Source of the DNA: Klebsormidium nitens | Taxonomy: Eukaryota; Plantae; Klebsormidiophyceae | Assembly (NCBI GenBank): GCA_000708835.1 | Contig: DF237051.1 | Location: 62,001 to 126,000 of the forward strand | DNA: 64,000 bases | Direction of reading: 5' to 3' | In this document: positions 47,995 through 60,200 of the stretch, piece by piece | Numbering within the stretch: the first letter of the stretch is position 1 | Layout of the letters: the number at the start of each line of letters is the position of its first letter | Program-made: the position numbers and the translations under genes | Notes under the pieces: model-generated | What the model was told of the DNA's origin: nothing | What the model saw: the letters and a program-made list of their open reading frames with translations, nothing else | The model's database searches: none

Positions 47995-49266
47995 TGGTTA
48001 AGCGAATGTACACCAAGGTGAATGGTTTCCAAGAAAACTATGTCGCTGTTAACAAAGGTGGTTTGGCTGATAACCATATGGTTTTGGGTTGCACCCGGCA
48101 AGATGATAGCAAGTCAGAGCATGTCAAACCTTAAGATATTGACCACAAGGGAATGGGTATATCGCCACAGCCTTCCTGTGGGCTTCTCTCATTTGACTTT
48201 GTGTCTTTGCTCATGAACCAAAGAGCGGATGTAGCTGTACCGTAGAAAAGTATCTGGGTTTGGTTTCTGTAGTCAGGTGTCTGGCTGTTTTGCGACTCCT
48301 AGGTTCATACTTGTCTTGACACCGTAAACATGTGTCTAAGAAAAACCCAGTGTTTGTGGGTGGCTGTGTCAAGCCTTTGTCAAGCCAGTGCGGAAGACAA
48401 AGGTTGAAAGATGGCGGTTCCTCCTAACGGTCTGGAATGCATTATTGGGGCCGTGCGGTTCCAGGGGTTCAACAAGCTCATGTGCATGGGGTAGCTTGAG
48501 AGCTGAATTTGAACACCAGGTGCTAGCCCCAGACTAGAACCCGCTGTTAAAAAGCCCCACACAAACCCTCCGCTTAGATCTCTGGCTTGTCGTGAAGAAA
48601 CGATCTGGGCGCAGTAGTCTGCTGCCAGATTTTTTTTTATTCCCAAAGGTCTGGACGCATGGGCACTTTGTTTTTCGTATTGGTCATTTGTCAACTTGCA
48701 TCGTGCCTAAGAAGGCAGACTTCCAAACGTCCAAGCTTTATTGATTCTATTTGAGACACCCACTTCACGCTACATTCCCTCAGATCAGTTCTGATACCTG
48801 GTAGCCCTCTAACACCCAGTGCTCTGCTAACACCTGAATGTCGAAAATGTTTGATGGTCTTCTGATGCCTCATTTGAGTATCTCAGTGCCTTGAAGTGGG
48901 CATGAATACAGACAAAGATCACTGCAAGCAGCAGCCAAATTGGGCTGCTTGAAGGTCTTGATTTATCACCTTCGAGCTGTCTGAAAAGTCCAATGGGCGG
49001 TACTTTGCACCCCTTGAATGTCCTCTCCTTCCTCTGCTACTTGCTGCGAATTGTGTTGGTTGTCCATTTCGGTTGATTATTCCCTCCTTCGCATCTCTTA
49101 ACCTGCTTCAACACGTTCAGAAACCTCTTGCCATCCACTCCATTCTCGTGTGCATTTTTTAGCTTTCCCCCCCTCTTAGCAAAACCCCTCATATCAATCC
49201 ACTCAACCTCGGTTTACTTGTTACATGCAGGTGTTACTTTTTGCAGCCGTAATCCAATTGTGGGCG

Positions 49267-52200
49267 ATGTCGATAACAAAGAACGGGAACAGTCCAGACA
49301 GCAACGGTCACAGCAACGGATACACCAACGGAGCCATGCAGTATTATCAGGCGGGGGCCGCCGGGGGCGCTCCTTACGGGTACTACTATGATGTAGCCCA
49401 AGGTGAGACTCCTCAGAACCTTTAGACTGGAAATAGAGTGGGAGTCATGATAGGGGATGAAACCAAGGTAAGATGCCTCAGAACAACCCTTGAGAGTTTC
49501 CAATCAGCTCACTATATGGCCGGGGGCGAAGCACACGAACAAGATAGCCATAAAAGCTTGACTTTAAGAGAATGAAGCTAAACACAAATTACATGCTAAA
49601 GGTACTATTTTCATGATGTCGCCCAAGGTGAGACTCCTCAGAACAACCATTTCATGATAGGGGACTAACGACCCTTTCAGAGTTTTCAATCAAGCTCCAT
49701 TCGTGATACGAAACGAAGCCAACAGGAACTAGATATCTGTAAAAGCTCATCTTTTCAGAAGGGAACAAGAAATACTTGCTCAAAGCGAAAACTAATTATG
49801 TAGTGCAAGGTGAGACTCAAAGCGAAAACTAATTATGTAGTGCAAGGTGAGACTCCTCAGAACAACCCCTCAAGATTTTCAACGAAGCCAAATCATGAGA
49901 GGGGACGAAGCAAACATGCACGAGATGTTCGTAAAAGATCAACTTTCGCAGGGGACGAATCCAACACGAATGGAACATTCAGAATAACCTCATTGTATGC
50001 AGAAAGCTCTCACTTGAGTCTGCATAGTTGGCTCCTTGAGCCCCTCTTTCTAAGGTGGCCTCAGGCAACCGTGTCCCTCAGCCTATTGCGGTTGGGATTG
50101 TGAAGGACAGCTGTCACAGTTGTCTTAATTCGTGGGGGAGGACTTGTCTTGCATTTTGGTCGGGTGGACATGCACTTTCTGATGGTGCAAGTCAGGTTTC
50201 GGCGTCCGTTTGACAGTGCCGCTCTTCCGCGGTCTGCAATTTCCATCTCAAGTAGCCTTTCATGTCAAGTAGCCTTTCACGGAATCTTGCGTTTCGACTT
50301 GTTTACGACGCAGAGCACTCTTTTGACTACGTGGCGAACGGAAGTAGTCACTGTCGTTGGGGACCGAAGATGGTCAGCAATTACGGAGGAGATTTCGTGC
50401 ATGGAATCCAGGCACTTCATAACGATCTCGTCTGTGCTTTGCAGCCTACCAGCCGGGAGACGCGGCAGTGCCCAGCAGTCAGAACGAAACGGGCGGCTTC
50501 GCTCAAGGCGACTCTCAGGAAGCACGGAGCCAGGTAATAACTGCTTGCTGAAACCTCACTGCTCACACATAAGGGGCCCGAACCCAGATAATCAATGGAA
50601 TTCTAAGCTCGCACGCTATGGGCTACGAACTCAAGCAACTTTCGATCTCCTGAGATGTTTTGTCTTGGTTCGAAGCCTCACAGATGTTGTTGTCGAGTCA
50701 AGGCCTGACATATGCTGCGAGACTCTGGATATCAAAGGAGATTCTGCATGTCTTCGAGTGCATGTCGGAAATACTAGTAAGCATACAGCAACGTCCACTA
50801 AGCGCTAGTCACCACCCCCTTGTTCCCCTCTTACCTTCCCACCATTTCTTCTGCGTTTCTGGCAAGATTCCATTCGCGAGTCTCGAAAACATTATCAGTG
50901 CTTTCATCTCTAAAATGGCCGAATCCGGTTTCTTTTGCAGGGCGCCTTTCCGACCAGCCCCGTCTACATGCAGCGGTTTCCTGGCTTCCAGCAGGGCCAG
51001 GAGTACCAGAACTTCGGAGGGGAGAGGCAACCCGTCTACGGGAGCCCCCAAAACTTTGCGTATGCGCAAGGGGGCGTCTACCAGGATCCTAGCCAGTTCA
51101 TGGGCTCCACATTAGGTGCGTCACAAGTCATGATAGTTTGACTCGCTATTTTGTGTTGAGCAGTGAGCTTCGGTGCGGTTTTACGCCTGCATCCAGGAAG
51201 AGCGTATGCGTTCGTTGCGGTTTCATGTCTTTATCCGGAAACGTTCATGTGTACATTTAGGGAGAGCGGTTGCGTTTGTATGCATTCGTTTGTGTTCGTG
51301 TGGGTCCCGAAGAGTTGCCCGCGTTGAGGACACTGCCGCCTTTATTGTGTCGAATCGGGGCTGTAAAGCGTCTGGAAATTTTTTCGGATTCGCCCCTGGG
51401 GTTAAATTGTCTCGATTCTCTCAGGAGTCAAGAGGGGAATTGCAAGACTGCCGTGCTTGGATGATGTGCATGTCTTTGACTGCTTTCAGTCGTATAAGAT
51501 TTTGTAGTCAACTTGAAGCTTCCGTTCTCTTTGGCGTTGATGAGCACTTACAACTTTTTGTTGGTTTCTTGTCTGAAAGCTTTGACCGCTTCCTTACTCT
51601 GTACGTCGACCTCGTTTTTAACCGAGCAGTCTTGAACAAGCCGTCTCCGTTCGTTTCCTTGCAGGCCCGCAGTCGAATCCCCTAGGATCGTCCTCAAACG
51701 CTGACGTCATCGGGCGCCAGCAAAACATGATGGGGGGCGCTATGAGCGCCGCCCAGACGATGCCCATGCTCGCGGGGGGGGTGTATCAAATGGGGTTGAA
51801 TAGGGGGGGTATTCCGGTGGTTTCCGTGAACGACCAGACGTTTGCGCAGATGGGGCCACGCGGCGTCGGGGCGTTGAGCTGGGCTGACGTGGCCAAGGTG
51901 GCGTCCGAGCACCAGGCGTCCGTCAGTGGCACGGTGGGTATTCGCACCGAGGAGATAAGAGGTTTCGTCCCCGGTGTAAATACGCTGCATATAGCCCTAT
52001 TTTGAGAGGTACAGGTAGCAGCGTCGACGGTTGAGGAGATTTGCTCTTACAGCATTTGCCCTCAGGGCTCCTAACCCTTCCTTACTCTGATTTGGGCTGT
52101 CATTCACTTTCAGGACCGAAAACTCATTCTGCCCTAAACCTTTTCTGCTCTTGAGTTTCTCAAGGCGGTCTCCGTTTCAGTGTAGTTGCTGTTCAAACGT

Positions 52201-55200
52201 GCGCGGTTAAATCTGTCCAGATCTGGACTTCCAACCACCCTTCAGCTTCCATCTCCCCTGCTTTGCAAAGACCTGCTTGTGGACGGGGAATTCAGAAGAG
52301 ATAAACCAAAAATCTAACCATGCAATCGGTTATCTTTCTAATCTCATGATGATAAAAAGCACTTCTCTAGAGCTGACGTCCGACTTATGCCTTGCTCCCC
52401 TAGAGCCGACGTCCCACTTATGCCTTGTTCCCTTGCAGATGCCCCAATTGTCTCCAGTCATGCAGCCCAAGGTCCTTTCCCCCGGCCAGCCTTTCGCCCT
52501 CACCCCGACCGCCCTTCCGCCCATGTTCGCTCTCAACGGCCAGCCGCGGTTCGTACCGGGCAACCTTCCAATGTACGGCCGCGGCTTCCCCCCCCCCTAC
52601 CAACTACTCACCCTCTCCAGCCAGTCGTTCCCCGCTCGGGGGGGTCGAGGGTTCAAGGGTTTTACGGGGCCGCGGGGGCGGGGTTTCGGCTTCCCCGCGC
52701 GAGGGGGGTTCGATTCGGTCCTAAATCAGCGGTACGAGTCGGGAAACGAACGGGGGCCACGCGCGCAGAGAGTGCGGTTCGGCGCGCCAGGGGGGGGCGA
52801 GGAGGATCTGTCCCTTGAGGGGGGGAGGGAGCAGTTCAACAGGGAGGACTTCGACGTTGCCCCACTCTCCGCGAAGTTTTTCGTGATCAAGAGTTACTCC
52901 GAGGATGACGTGCACAAGAGCATTAAGTATGGGGTCTGGGCTAGCACGCCGAACGGGAACAAGCGCCTTCAGGCGGCGTTCCGCGAGGCGCGAGAAACGG
53001 AAACCGGGCGCGTGTTCCTGCTGTTCAGCGTGAATGCGAGCGGGCAGTTCTGCGGTGTGGCGGAAATGGTGAGCATCGAACATCGCCTTGAGTTTTGGAA
53101 GTCGCCTATGGGAAGGGATTTGTTAGTGTTGACCGTTGCACGTTGCGAAAAACGCTTAGACTTTCCACTCTTGGTCAAGTTTTTCAGAAGCTCAAGCACG
53201 CTCTGAAGTTGTTGACGATGTCAAGCATTGCATCTCCACTCGGCCCCTATTACTCTCTTGATTGATTGGTGACAGTTCTCAGAAGCTGCGTTTGTTTTGG
53301 GCTGTTCACTTCACTCTCAGATAAATCCGTTCGTCCGTCTTTGAGCAACTAGTTCGGTTTGAGCTGGCTCTGTTTTTTAACTTGTCGCTGTCATGACATC
53401 ATCCCTGCAGACCGGTGACGTCGACTTCGACAAGTCTTTGGACGTCTGGCAGCAAGACAAGTGGAACGGGCAATTCAAGGTCCAATGGCATTTTGTCAAG
53501 GTAAGAACCGTCTCTCGTCGACGGCTCCCGTTTTGTTTCTGTGTCAGGAACGGTTCCATTTCCCCTGCTCTGTGCCAATCTAATGAGTCTGCCTTCGTTA
53601 GGTTGTGTCTGAAGCTCGAGATTTGAATTCCGCTCTGTTCCGTTCCTTTCTTCTGGAGCTTCTCCGTCCGCGTGCTCCATGCATTGCGGTTCGCATTGTG
53701 CCCTCAGTTTTTTCTTTGCGCGGTCTCGCTTAGTCTTCTGTCATCCGATCCGATCTGCATGCTTCCGTTCCTTATTTTCCGCTGCGTTCCGTTCCGCTTC
53801 TGCAGGATGTCCCGAACGGCCAGTTCCGTCACATCATCCTGGCAAACAACGAGAACAAGCCGGTGACCAACAGCCGTGACACCCAGGAGGTGAGGCAAGC
53901 CAATCGCGTCCTGCCACGTGGCATTATGTTTACGAGGTGGACCACGTATTAGAAGCCAACAAGTCCCACTAAGAGGATTTGGCTTCTCTCAACCTCTAGT
54001 GCATTGCACCGGTTCAGTCCTTTAGGCCGAGGTTCACCCAATGTACCCTGCTTGTCGCTCGTATGCTGAAATCGTCCTTGTTTTCATGAACGAGCCGCGC
54101 TGACGGAACGTCATCTCACTCTCGCATTTGTTTTAAATTTGGGGTTGACCAGAATTCCGTTGCTCCTTAGTCTCAACGCACGAGATGGTCAAAGTTTCTG
54201 ATTTAGGATGCCAAAAACCCTCTTTACCTGAAAGGAGCTGAAGGCCTTTGTGGGCATTGCTTGGAAAAGCGTAGAGTGCGACCGCAAAGACTGCACCCAA
54301 GAAGAGATGATTCACTTACGTCTCCACTCTGCTTTGATACAGAGGATGTGAAGTTTTCTACGCATGAATGTCTGATAGGAAGCGTGTCTGCGCAGGTTCC
54401 GTACGATCAAGGGGTGGAGGTGCTGACGATCTTCAAGGCATTTGCGGCCAAGACGTCCATTCTGGACGACTTTGCGTTCTACGACAATCGCCAGAAGCAG
54501 CTGCAGGAGCGGCGCGAGAAGACCAAGCAGAGCCGTAACCAGCGGCGCCAAAAGGCGGCGCCCGGGATGAGAGGTGGGGCGCGCCTATGATCTTTTCCAT
54601 CAGCGTATGAGCGTGTGCTTGTATCCTTCGAGACCCGAGGCGATTCAGGAGAGTGACCCTTCTGGTTGTGATGTTGAAACGTTGGCTGTCCTTGTTTTCG
54701 CTTCTTTTAAACCGTGTCTGAGGTTGGAGTTCACAGCAGAGCAAGCTGCGGCTAGTGGCGCCAAACGGCGGCGCCCGAGGCGAGAGGTGCGCGCGCGCTT
54801 ATGGTTTTTTCAGTAGCGTGTAAGCTCTTGCGTCAAAATGGTGAGTTGGTTTGCGTCGCTTTGAATTGGACAAGGAAGCAGAGCCACAGCCAGCGGCGTC
54901 AAAAGGCCGCGCACGAGACGAGACATGCGCGCGCGCACATGTTCTTAGACCACGTCTGATCTGCAAGAACGCTTCCTTGTAAGCACTTCTGTGACTGCTC
55001 CTTTACTAGCTCTACGAACTACGAATGAGTGGGTTCGTCGCGCCTCCTTGCTGAGAGTTTGTTCCGCTTCTGTAGGGGACGATGACGAGCGGAACACAAG
55101 TTCGACAACGGATTTGACGGAGTCCGGTAGCGAGCCGGCTGCGGAAGAAGCTCCGCGGCCTTCGGAGGATGAATCTTTAGAGGAACGGTTGGCGGGCCTT

Positions 55201-55239
55201 GCAGTGACGAGTCGCCCGCAGGAGGAGACGGAACTTTAG
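49267..55239 (+). CDS. YTH-domain m6A reader (YTHDF/ECT-type) with N-terminal low-complexity region
   Basis: Exons with consistent phase: 49267-49402, 50445-50533, 50941-51115, 51665-51933, 52439-53068, 53411-53500, 53806-53889, 54396-54573, 55076-55239. YTH core: [32 protein letters not shown]...[18 protein letters not shown]...[20 protein letters not shown]...[15 protein letters not shown]...SILDDF.FY. Confidence 0.95.
49602..49866 (+). repeat. Three echoes of YTH exon 1 end plus donor
   Basis: CAAG|GTGAGACTC recurs with donor GT at 49403 (real), 49628, 49810 and 49847. The last two come from an exact 37-bp duplication (49781-49817, 49818-49854). Confidence 0.9.
54736..54942 (+). repeat. 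Two echoes of YTH penultimate exon end plus donor
   Basis: About 54736-54805 and 54876-54942 copy CAGAGCCGTAACCAGCGGCGCCAAAAGGCGGCGCCCGGGATGAGAG|GTGGGGCGCGCCTATG. The donor is kept in the first copy and lost in the second. Confidence 0.85.
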
Positions 55240-57279
55240 AGGGTTTTGAGCGGAGCGCTTTTCGAACTCCTGTGTAGTATATGTGCGTAGGGATGATGTC
55301 AGTAGGGGCAGTGCAAGCAAGGCCAACGTCAGCCGCTAGAAATGTTAACACATGGCACCCACGTGGCGCGGCCACGTGGCAGAACGGTGGGGCTCACCGG
55401 ACAGGGGAAAAGTTGCTAGGTCCAGCGCTCGCACAGATCCGAGACGAGATGCGGAGATCTTATTCCGCCCGGCGGAAGGGCGTTTCGTTGGTATAGCGGA
55501 TCAACGAACGGAATCGCTCCGGCCGGCATTCCAGACTACCGGGGTTTAGGCGCGCGCGATCAGGGCGCAGAGCTTTGCCCGTTTTGGGCCGAAAGCGTGT
55601 GTTTGGCCTAGGGCGCGCGTGCGCGTTTGCGGCCGCGTATTGTGCACAGGGGCTCGTATGGGAAAACCCATTAAGGGTTTGCAGAAAGATATCGACGTGG
55701 GCTTTTGACATTGCTTGTGGCAGGTACAGAATTTACCGGTGGGCAGGGATGAGATGCACTGGTGCGAATCAGGACACATTACAGTCACTTCAGGACAACA
55801 TAACAGTCCCGTAGTTAACGTGTGAAAGTGTCGTATTGATTAAGATTGGCCGGACTCAAAGATGTAGAGGACGGTAGGACATCCTTAGGATCATTTTTTG
55901 ATTCGTTTCAAGAGTGATCTGATCGTTTTTGCGAGTAGGCCGTGTATCCAGAGATTTACATGTTCTAGCTTTGTACCGTCGTGGGGGTTCCCATGGGTTG
56001 TTAACAACTGGGCATGCACTTCGCTGTCGTGAAGTGCTGTCACTTGCAATGGGGTGTCCAACGATTAGTTTGAACTTGAAGTCATCATGTTGTTCTGGCG
56101 ATTCAACTTCGGGATCAATGCATGACCTTTCAATCCGAGCTTAGTACGAAAATTTTGGTGACCGTCTATGTCTCTCGGCAGGATGGCATAGAATATCATG
56201 CTGATAGGCCGGTCGTCGAAAACTTCTGAGGCCACGTACAGGAAGTCGCAGAAAGTCGCAGCGTGATTATAGGCGGCCGTTCTCCAATGCAATTTATTGC
56301 GAATTTAGTATGTGACGTTATCATGTACCTGGCAGCCGCTGAGATGAGCTGACCTTGGATGAGTTTGCAACGCAAGTATTAGAGGGCACAGTCGCGTAAG
56401 TATATGATCAGACGCAGTTCCTGAACGTACCGTTCGTGGCGGCTCGGGCCACGCACCACGTACGCGGCTGAGTCACGTGACATCCAAACTGCACGACTAA
56501 AAGCCTGCTGAATAACCATAGTGACAGACAATGATGGGCGATGATAGATTGAGCACGTGCAATAGACAGCAGTACTCTCAAGCATACAACTGCGGCCACC
56601 AAATCGCCATCGGACAGGCTCTACATAAACCAATGTTATCAACCCATTATGAGAATTATTCGAGTCCGGCCCGGTGCCATCGTATTCAAGCAATCATAAG
56701 CTCATCTTCACTTTTTTTGCTCATCTTGCACCTCAGAAGCATCAGGTCGTTACTAGTTACTAAACATGCACGCGGCAGCTGTGCAGTTGGCTTTTGAGTG
56801 CAGTCCCTTACACGTGCACCGATACTCTCAGTAAACTGACTGGATTAATCTTGAAAACAACCGGGATCAATTGAATATACTAAGCGCGTCTTATAGATCG
56901 ATTCCCAAACCATGTACTTCCACACATGCAAAGCCGCTTTTCTACTGCCGGCCCCAGCTTTACCGATGGTATGTTCCAATGCAACCGCGCCCCTCCTTGT
57001 GCCATCAATCTTCTACGTAAAGTCATGTTGCGACCATCCTCATCCATGAGTTGAGCCTTGCCGTTGTTGCTCGTGTTTACTGCTCCGCCCAGCTGCTTGC
57101 ATGGCGAAAACTCTGAGGAGCTACAATAGCGCTTCATTATCACATGGGTATTCCACGCGAAAATCACGATTGCATTGGCAAGCGCTTTGATCTGGATAAG
57201 AATCTCGTTCAATGAAGGGGTTCTTCACAAACCGAAGCAGATGGTCATCGGCCCTCACAATGGGGGCGACAGTTATCAG

Positions 57280-60200
57280 TCACGCATAGACTGGGTTTTG
57301 CGCCCCCCCGCAGTGTGGGCACTCTAGGGTCTTCTGCACGTAGCGGTTCCACTCGTCCTTGATCGCGGGAATGCCGCACGCCTTACAGGCGACCTTGGCC
57401 CGGGCAGGGACCGGGTAACCGGTGACCCCGCAAGCAGCGTTTTGAACCTGCAAACAGGTAGGACGAATTGGGGGATCCGCCCAATCTCGTTCGACGTTTT
57501 GCAGATGCGATCCGTTTCAACAGTCGATCTGATTCTGCATTCGTCTGTCGATCGAATGGGAGAATGTCCATCTCAAGCGTTCGGGGCTCGCCAGATGCTG
57601 AAATCCGGCAGAAACGCCTCCCTGCGAGCTGGTAGGGAAGGCGGCATCCCGCGCCGAAGGGAAGAGCGCGCGCGCCCTCACCTTGCACGACGCGCAATGG
57701 AGCGCGGCCACGTAGCGCGGCTTGCCGCACGCGTCGCACGGCGCGGCCGCGAGGGTTTGGTCCACCGCCTGGTCCATGCTCAGCTCCAGCACGAGATCGC
57801 GCACCGCCTCGCGCGCGTTCTCTGCAAAAGAAACATTGTGATTCACGCTGTTGACGTTAGTATTCCCTTTTGCCGCACAGGACTTGCAGCAACAGCAGGT
57901 TTTTGGAGCTTTCAAAGTGGAGGGGCATGGAATCAAAGTTGAGGTTGCTGGTCGAATTTCGCTCTCGAGATATCTGCCTGAAGCCAAATCTTCTGGTTCT
58001 TAGCATCTAAGTATTCCTCAAGCCTTTGCTGCTCTCAATCTGCTCATTTCGTTCCGTGTCTGTCCCCGCGAAAGCAGCTTGACACTTCGCCGAAACCGCA
58101 TATATTCACACGTGGCGCCGCTTCGACCGCGAACGCGGCTGCGGCCGCCTGATGGTCTGCCAACCGGAATGTTCGCAGCGCGCGCGCGCTCACCGTCAAC
58201 AAAGTGCTTGCTGGGCAGGTGGAAGTCGTGCGGGATGTCCGTATCCTCAAAGTCCGCATTCTCCAAAGCGTCCGCGCCCTGGGGGTCGTCAATCGCTTCG
58301 GCCAGGTCCAGGAAACGGTTCAGGAAGGCGAACGCCATGCTGAGCCAGTTCATCTGCGGAGAGATGATGGTGAGGTCTGAAAGCAACTGGAGTGTGACGG
58401 GAAAAAACAAGGATTTGATCTTACAAAGAAAAGGAAGAGAGCCTTCTGGCGAGCCAAAAAGCGACGTCTAAAACCGGAGACTGTAGGCTCTACGTTCCGT
58501 CTTTACGAAACTTTTTGCCTTTTGCTCAAGCCAGCACGATGCCTGAACGTTTTCTCAGTAAGAATCTTTTCAATACCATTTACTTTCTACACTATTTCGC
58601 TGTGGCGAAGGAATCCGTGCGGACTGCTCCAAACCGCTTTCTGGGGTCCGCCGCAGATCATACGCATTGATCGTAGATTCGGACTGGGATCGCTTACCTC
58701 CTTACAGGCCATTCCGGCCTGGTAGAATGCCTTGTCCGCCGGAATCTCGCCAGCGTACCGGAGCAGGCTGATGCTCAGCTTGGCGACGCACTCCGTCAGC
58801 CCGTGCTCGCGGCACTGCGCGCGCGCGGCGCTGTAGTGCGCGGCAGTCAGGAGCCGCTGGAAGTCCGGCAAAACCTGCAGCAAACGGAACCGAGCTCTCA
58901 ATTCGGATCTATTCGTGCTGTTGCCGCACGCCAGAGGGGGCTTATCCACGCGAATGCGATTTCAGTCTGTCTGCAGAATGCTTCAGTTCTGAGGTGAAAG
59001 GGTGCTGAATCAAACAAAAGGAACGAGGTCTCATCGTAGTTTTGGTATCGCAGAGCCACTTTGTGGCGATTCTGCAGTCTAGCCGTATTACAACCTTACG
59101 TGAGGGTTGAAAGTAGGACCTCAGCTCCGATTGTATCGATTGCATCGCCGAGTGTCCATTCATAAATCTTCACGCTACTTTCTAAAACCCTCAAAACTTG
59201 AGGGGTGACTGGTGTGTTTCTTGATTACCGTCAACCCACCTTCTGACCCGCTTTCTGCATCTCCCCCGTCAGGCGCCTCAGGAACGCGCGCAGGTCCGCC
59301 ACCGCTCGCACAGACGCCGCGTCGCGGTCGTCCGCGAGCGCCAGCACCTCATACGCTATGTGCTGGTAGAGCTCGTACAGGGCGGGGACCGCGAGCGCGC
59401 GCGCGTGCGCGCCGAGCACCGAGAGCGCTTCCGCGGAGTTCCCCGCCTGCACGCACTCCTGCGCGTGGCGCGCCGCGAAGCCGGTCGCGAGGTCGCCGCC
59501 CTGCTGGGCCGCGACGGCGTGCACCTGCCAGCATTTAAGGGTTTTGGAAAACCTTCAGTGGCGTGCTCTTTGAAGATGCGTTGAAATGGTTCTAAGGCCG
59601 TGGATTAGAGTTACGAGGATCAGTTCGATTAGTGTACTGATAGGGACTTGAATGGAAAGGTCTTCACTGCGTACACCTACGCTTAGGTTGCCGGGTTAAA
59701 GGTATGCTTGAAGCGGGTCAAAGTGCGGCGGCTTGTATGGCAGCTTGTAAGGAAGACATCGTCAAAATGGAGCCAAACCTCACCATATCCACTTAGTGAT
59801 GGTCAAGAAACGAAGCCGACGGTGGAAAGTCACTTTTAAAATTTGTCAGAGGTCCTTACTGTTCTTCAGAGAAACCAATTGACGGGTCGGAGCCGCGGAA
59901 ATAACGCCTAGACCCTAGCTTACCAGAGTGTCTGCAAGTCACGACGGCTCCACAAAGTCAGAAAGCTCAGATCCATTTTCGAAGTCGAAACCCGCGCCTT
60001 TCTCAAGAGCCCATGTCACCATGTCGCCAAAGCCCCGAACCTGAACGGAGCTTCTTTTGAGACAATATTCTGAAGCGTCAGAACTCTGACAACCGAGCCG
60101 TAGAAATTACAACCCACCTTTTGCCAGAGCCCCTGCCGTGCATACATCTCCAGTCCCTCAACGACGCTCCCGCTCTGCACCAACTGATCCGCCTCCTCGT

